This document shows positions 59,391-64,000 of a DNA stretch of 64,000 nucleotides, piece by piece. The stretch lies in the NCBI RefSeq assembly GCF_009914755.1, contig NC_060928.1; one strand, 5' to 3'. Source of the DNA: the human T2T-CHM13v2.0 reference genome, Homo sapiens. How positions within the stretch are numbered: position 1 is the first letter of the stretch; every line of letters begins with the position of its first letter. The translations under genes were made by a program, and so were the position numbers. The notes beneath the pieces were generated by a model. It worked only from the letters and a program-made list of their open reading frames with translations, ran no database searches and was not told the origin of the DNA.

Positions 59391-61690
59391 AGTATTACTC
59401 CATTCTCACACTGTTATGAAGAAATACCCAAGACTGGGTAATTTATGAAAGAAAGAGGTTTAATTGACTCACAGTTCCACATCGCTGGGGAGGCCTCAAG
59501 AAACTTACAGTCATGATGGAAGGCAAAGGAGAAGCAGGCACCTTGTTCACAGGGCAGCAGGACTAAGTGAATGCCAGCAGGAGAAATGCCAGATGTTTAT
59601 AAAACCATCAGATCTCATGAGATTTACTCAGAAGAACAGCATGAGGAAAACTGCCCCCGTGATCCAATTACCTCCACTTGGTCCTGCCCTTGATATATGG
59701 GGATTATGGGGATTATAATACAAGATGAGATTTTTGGTGAGGACACAGCCAAACCATATCATTCCATCCCTGCTCTCACCCAAATCTCACATCCTCACAT
59801 TTTAAAACCCAATCATGCCTTTCCAACAGTCCCCCAAAGTCTTAACTCATTCCAGCATTAACCCAAAAGTCCAAGTCCAAAGTCTCATCTGAGACAAGGC
59901 AATCCCTTCTGCCTAAGAGCCTGTAAAATCAAAAGCAAGTTAGTTACTTCCTGGATACAATGGGGGTACAGGCATTGGGTAAATATACCCGTTCCAAATG
60001 GGAAAAATTGTCCAAAACAAAGGGGCTGCAGACCCCATGCAAGTTCAAAATCTAATAGTTAAAATCTAAGAGTTTAGATTTTAAACCTAAAAGTTCCAAA
60101 ATGATCTCCTTTGGTTCCATGTCTTGCATCCAGGTCACACTGATGCAAGAGGTGAGCCCCCAAGACCTTGCACAGCTCCACCTCTGTGGCTTTGCAGGGT
60201 ATAGCCCCTATCCTGGCTGCTTTCATGGGCTGGCATTGAGTGTCTGTGGCTTTTCCAGGTGCATGGTGCAAACTGCTGGTGGTTCTACCATTCTGGGTTC
60301 TGGAGGATAGTGGCCCTCTTCTCACAGCTCCACTAGGCAGTGGCCCAGTGGAGACTCTTTCTGGGGGCTCCAACCCCACATTTTCTTTCTACACTGCCCT
60401 AGCAGAGTGTCTCCATGAGGGCTCCACCCCTGTAGCAAACTTCTGCCTGGACATCCAGGAGTTTCCATACATCCTCTGAAATCTAGGCAGAGGTTCCCAA
60501 AGCTCAGTTCTTGACTTCTGTGCACCCGCAGGCTCAACACCACATGGAAGCTGTCAAGGCTTGGAGCTTGCACCCTCTGAAACAACTGCATGAGCTGTAT
60601 CTTGACCCCTTTTAGCCATGACTACAGCTGAAGCAGCTGGGACACAGGGTCTATGTCTTCAGGCTGCACAGAGCAGGGGGCCCTGGGAGCTGCCCATAAA
60701 ACCATTTTTCCCTTCTAGGCCTATAATGGGAGGGGCTGTCTTGAAGGTCTCTGAAATGCCCTGTTGACATTTTCCCCATTGTCTTGATGCTTAACATTCG
60801 GCTCCTTGTTAATTATGCAAATTTCTGCAGTCTGTATGGATTCCTCCCCAGAAAATGAGTTTTTCTTTTCTATCGCATTGTCAGGCTACAAATTTTCCAA
60901 ACTTTTATGCTCTGCTTCCTCCTGAACACTTTGCTGCTTAGAAATTTCTTCTACAAGATACCCTAAATCATCTCCCTCAAGTTCAAAGCTCCACAGATCT
61001 CCAGGGCAGGGGCAAAATGCTGCCAGTCTCTTTGCTAAAATATAGCAAGAGTCACCTTTACTCCAGTTCCCAACAAGTTCCTCATCTCCATCTGAGACCC
61101 CCTCAGACTGGACTTTATTGTCCATATCACTATCAGCGTTTTGGTTAAAACCATTCAACAAGTCTCTAGGAAGTTCAAAACTTTCCCTCATTTTCTTGTC
61201 TTCTTCTGAGCCCTCCAAATGGTTCCAACCTCTGCCTGTTACCCTGTTCCAAAGTCACTTCCACATTTTTGGGTATTCTTATAGCAGTGCCCACTACCTC
61301 ATTACTAATTTATTGTATTAGTCTGTTCTCACACTGCTATGAAGAAATATCCAAGACCGGGTAATTTATAAAAGAAAGAGATTTAATTGACTCACAGTTC
61401 CACATGGCTGGGGAAGCCTCAGGAAACTTACAATCATGGCTGAAGGCAAAGGAGAAGCAAGCACCTTCTTCACAGGGCAGCAGGACAGAGTGAATACCAG
61501 GAAGGGAAATGCCAGATGTTTATAAAACTATCAGATCTCATAAGACTCACTCACTATCACAAGAAGAGCATGGGGGAAACCACCCCCATGATCCAATTAC
61601 CTCCACCTGGTCCACCCTTTGACATGTGGGGATTATGGGGATTATAATTTAAGATGAGATTTTTGGTGGGGACATAGCCAAACCATATCA
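59391..61690 (-). mobile_element. Complete THE1 (THE1C/D-like) MaLR provirus: LTR 59391-59761, internal 59762-61313, LTR 61314-61690
   Basis: Two direct ~370-bp LTRs ending CAAACCATATCA; internal MaLR ORF remnant EGSEEDKKMRESFELPRDLLNGF (60886-61218). Confidence 0.95.
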
Positions 61691-63864
61691 CATGGGAGTG
61701 CAAATATCTTCTTATGCTATTTCTTATTATTTAAATCTAAGAAAATCAATGAAATTATTTAATGAACATTGAATTATATACACTACTTGTAAAATAATGA
61801 TATTTGTTTAGCATATTTAAAATAAGATTGCTTAAAATATGATACCTGAGCATATGTGTCTATAGTTTCTTCATGAGATTCAGAAGTAGATTTAAATTGA
61901 TATCTACAATATCCCAAATTCGAGTACAATGCTAGCTTTTTTTTAAAGGATAAACAATTGTTTTATTCATTGGTGTTTCCAAAATTTAAGTGAAAAAAAT
62001 TAACTTCAGCAATGAATAACTAGTTTGGCTATTATGTATTCAGAGCTAGGACATCTAAGCATAACCTAGGATTCATTCCTTAAACGATATTCCCTCCCTG
62101 GCCTTTCTGTTTAGCTATGAGTTTCACATATATTTCAAGGGTCACTGGAATAAAACAATAATATGTATTAGTAACGTTCCATCAGTATTTCTCTAAATAT
62201 GGTTTAATTTTCTCATGACTTTCTGCCTTTTGGTGATTTCTAGCCCTCCGGCAATAGTCTCAGCATACTTATAGTAAAATAACATGAAACAGAGACAAAG
62301 AATGATTATACAATGCCCAAGTTACAGTAATGTTGGAAGAATAGTTGGAGTTATGTGGGGAAATAATATTACAGCTACTTTTTAAAGTTCTGACAAATAC
62401 ACAATTAACTCTTGTCACTAAAGTCTTTCTCATCCCTGGTTTTAACTGAACATTCCCCACCCACAGCTGGCCGCCCTCTGGAGAGTGTTAGCCACACCTT
62501 TGAAATAAATAGCCCCAAATACCAATTGTTACTGCTGATGGCACTAAAGCCTACAGCAAAAACCAGACTTCCCTTTACAGCTTGACTATCAAGTAAAAGA
62601 AACCACTCTAGTTTCATGAGGTTTCTAAGGGTTTAGAATACTTGCAATCCTGCTCTTTGCAGACACATCTGAAGTGTATTTCTAAAGTTAAACCTGTCTT
62701 TTTAACAATTAGAAAGTAGAGTTTTTACTGGAAGCCTGTAGCACCAAGTCTGCTTTTTGTATGAAAAAGCACAAACAATGTTTTCATGTGGAAACGAAGG
62801 CATGGATAGCCAGTTTTAAAATAACCTTAGCTAGATTCATTTCACAGTGAGTTAGAGCAGTTTCCAATGCATCTGAGGTTTCAGAGAGTGACTTCTTTTT
62901 GCTTTCAGTAAGCTAACCTTCATTCAAAGAACAGCTCAATTGTTTCTGTATTTACAGTCTCATGTGCGGAGACATTGTCTTCAACCTTTAACTTCTATAG
63001 ACATCAGCTCTTACACAGTGAAGAAACAATACAAGGACAGCTTCCTGCTCACATCAGCAAACAAAACAATTTGGGATAAAAGTGTCTGAATACACATTAC
63101 TCAAAAACACTATTTTTCCATTTCTTTTCTTATGTAAATAGAATCGAGAAATCAAAACTATGAGCCTAGATTGAATTTGATGGATAACCTCTTTAAACCT
63201 CCAATTTGCTTTTCCAGACATTCTCATCTCATCTTCCTATTAAAATATTAATGAGTATTCTTCCGTGAATTGCTATTTAGACAAACTTTTTCATTACTGA
63301 GTGTTCTTTGGAATTTTTATACGACTGAGTATATGTATTTCTGATTTGATCTCATCATTTCCCTGGGCTGCAAAAAATTTACTTGGTTTTAAACTTTTGT
63401 ATGCGTATACTTTTCAACTATAGAGTCAAGTAGAAATGATTTTTTTCCAGCAATCATTCAAATGACTTTTTATAACTTAATACTTGTATTATATAAATTA
63501 ATGCTGCCTTACAGAGATAATTTTATTGAATTTGTGGTAGTGACTTAGTCCTGTATTTTCTTTCTTTTGTCTTTAGTAAGGCATTTTATTTATTCCAAGT
63601 TCCATATATTTTTTCTTACATTTTAAACATCTGTACAGTTGAGATACATCTTACAACTAATAGAATCCTAGATTAGGAAAAAAGCAGTATTCAATGTCAG
63701 TGGGTCTTACAGATTTCTTCCTCTGAGGGATGTTTACATTAAGACCTGAGCTTAACTGTTTTATAAAGTCACACATTTCCCCTATCATCCTATCATGCTG
63801 CCAGATTAAGTTGTAATTTAAACGGATGATATGAAAATGGTGGGTTTTTAAAAAAAAAAACCCT

Positions 63865-63968
63865 TCATTTTAAGTTCAGGGAATCTGTGCAGGTTTGTTA
63901 CAAGGTAAACTTGTGTCATGGGGGTTTGTTGTACAGATTATTTCATCGCCCGGGTATTAAGCCTCGTA
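63865..63968 (-). mobile_element. Short L1PA 3'-end fragment (older L1PA)
   Basis: TTTTAAGTTCAGGG...GTGCAGGTTTGTTAC..GGTAAACTTGTGTCATGGGGGTTTGTTGTACAGATTATTTCATC. Confidence 0.85.
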
Positions 63969-64000
63969 GTCTTGTACTTTCAAAGGATCGGCTTTCCTGC

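Noticed and set aside
60886-61218. 110-aa acidic ORF
   Set aside because: Known MaLR/THE1 internal ORF remnant
63585-63690. Possible Tigger-type MITE; also possible L2/MER5 fragments at 13390-13510 and 31440-31910 and an LTR end near 44600-44942
   Set aside because: Similarity too degenerate to call or bound without an alignment

Overview
AT-rich, CpG-poor, repeat-dense primate genomic DNA, almost certainly human: it contains a near-consensus AluYa5 with all five diagnostic bases. It looks like a gene desert or large intron. I find no protein-coding exon, RNA gene, CpG island or CRISPR array, and every longer ORF traces to L1, Alu, MaLR/ERVL or microsatellite sequence. Main contents: a full-length but dead L1PA8A-like element (15370-22496) nested in an older, apparently twin-primed (5'-inverted) L1M; a 5'-truncated and probably chimeric L1PA (39933-43085); a complete THE1 provirus (59391-61690); an ERVL relic with integrase/dUTPase remnants; about 18 Alus; several solo LTRs, MIRs and MERs. 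I could not support a new biological system here. The most unusual signals are local DNA-copying scars: an 80-bp inverted duplication with hairpin and direct-repeat junctions, a 285-bp displaced duplication, and an 86-bp GC-rich orphan insert. A few repeat-free, motif-dense islands may be enhancers. Subfamily names are recalled from consensus sequences by eye, not from an alignment, and boundaries of old elements are approximate.
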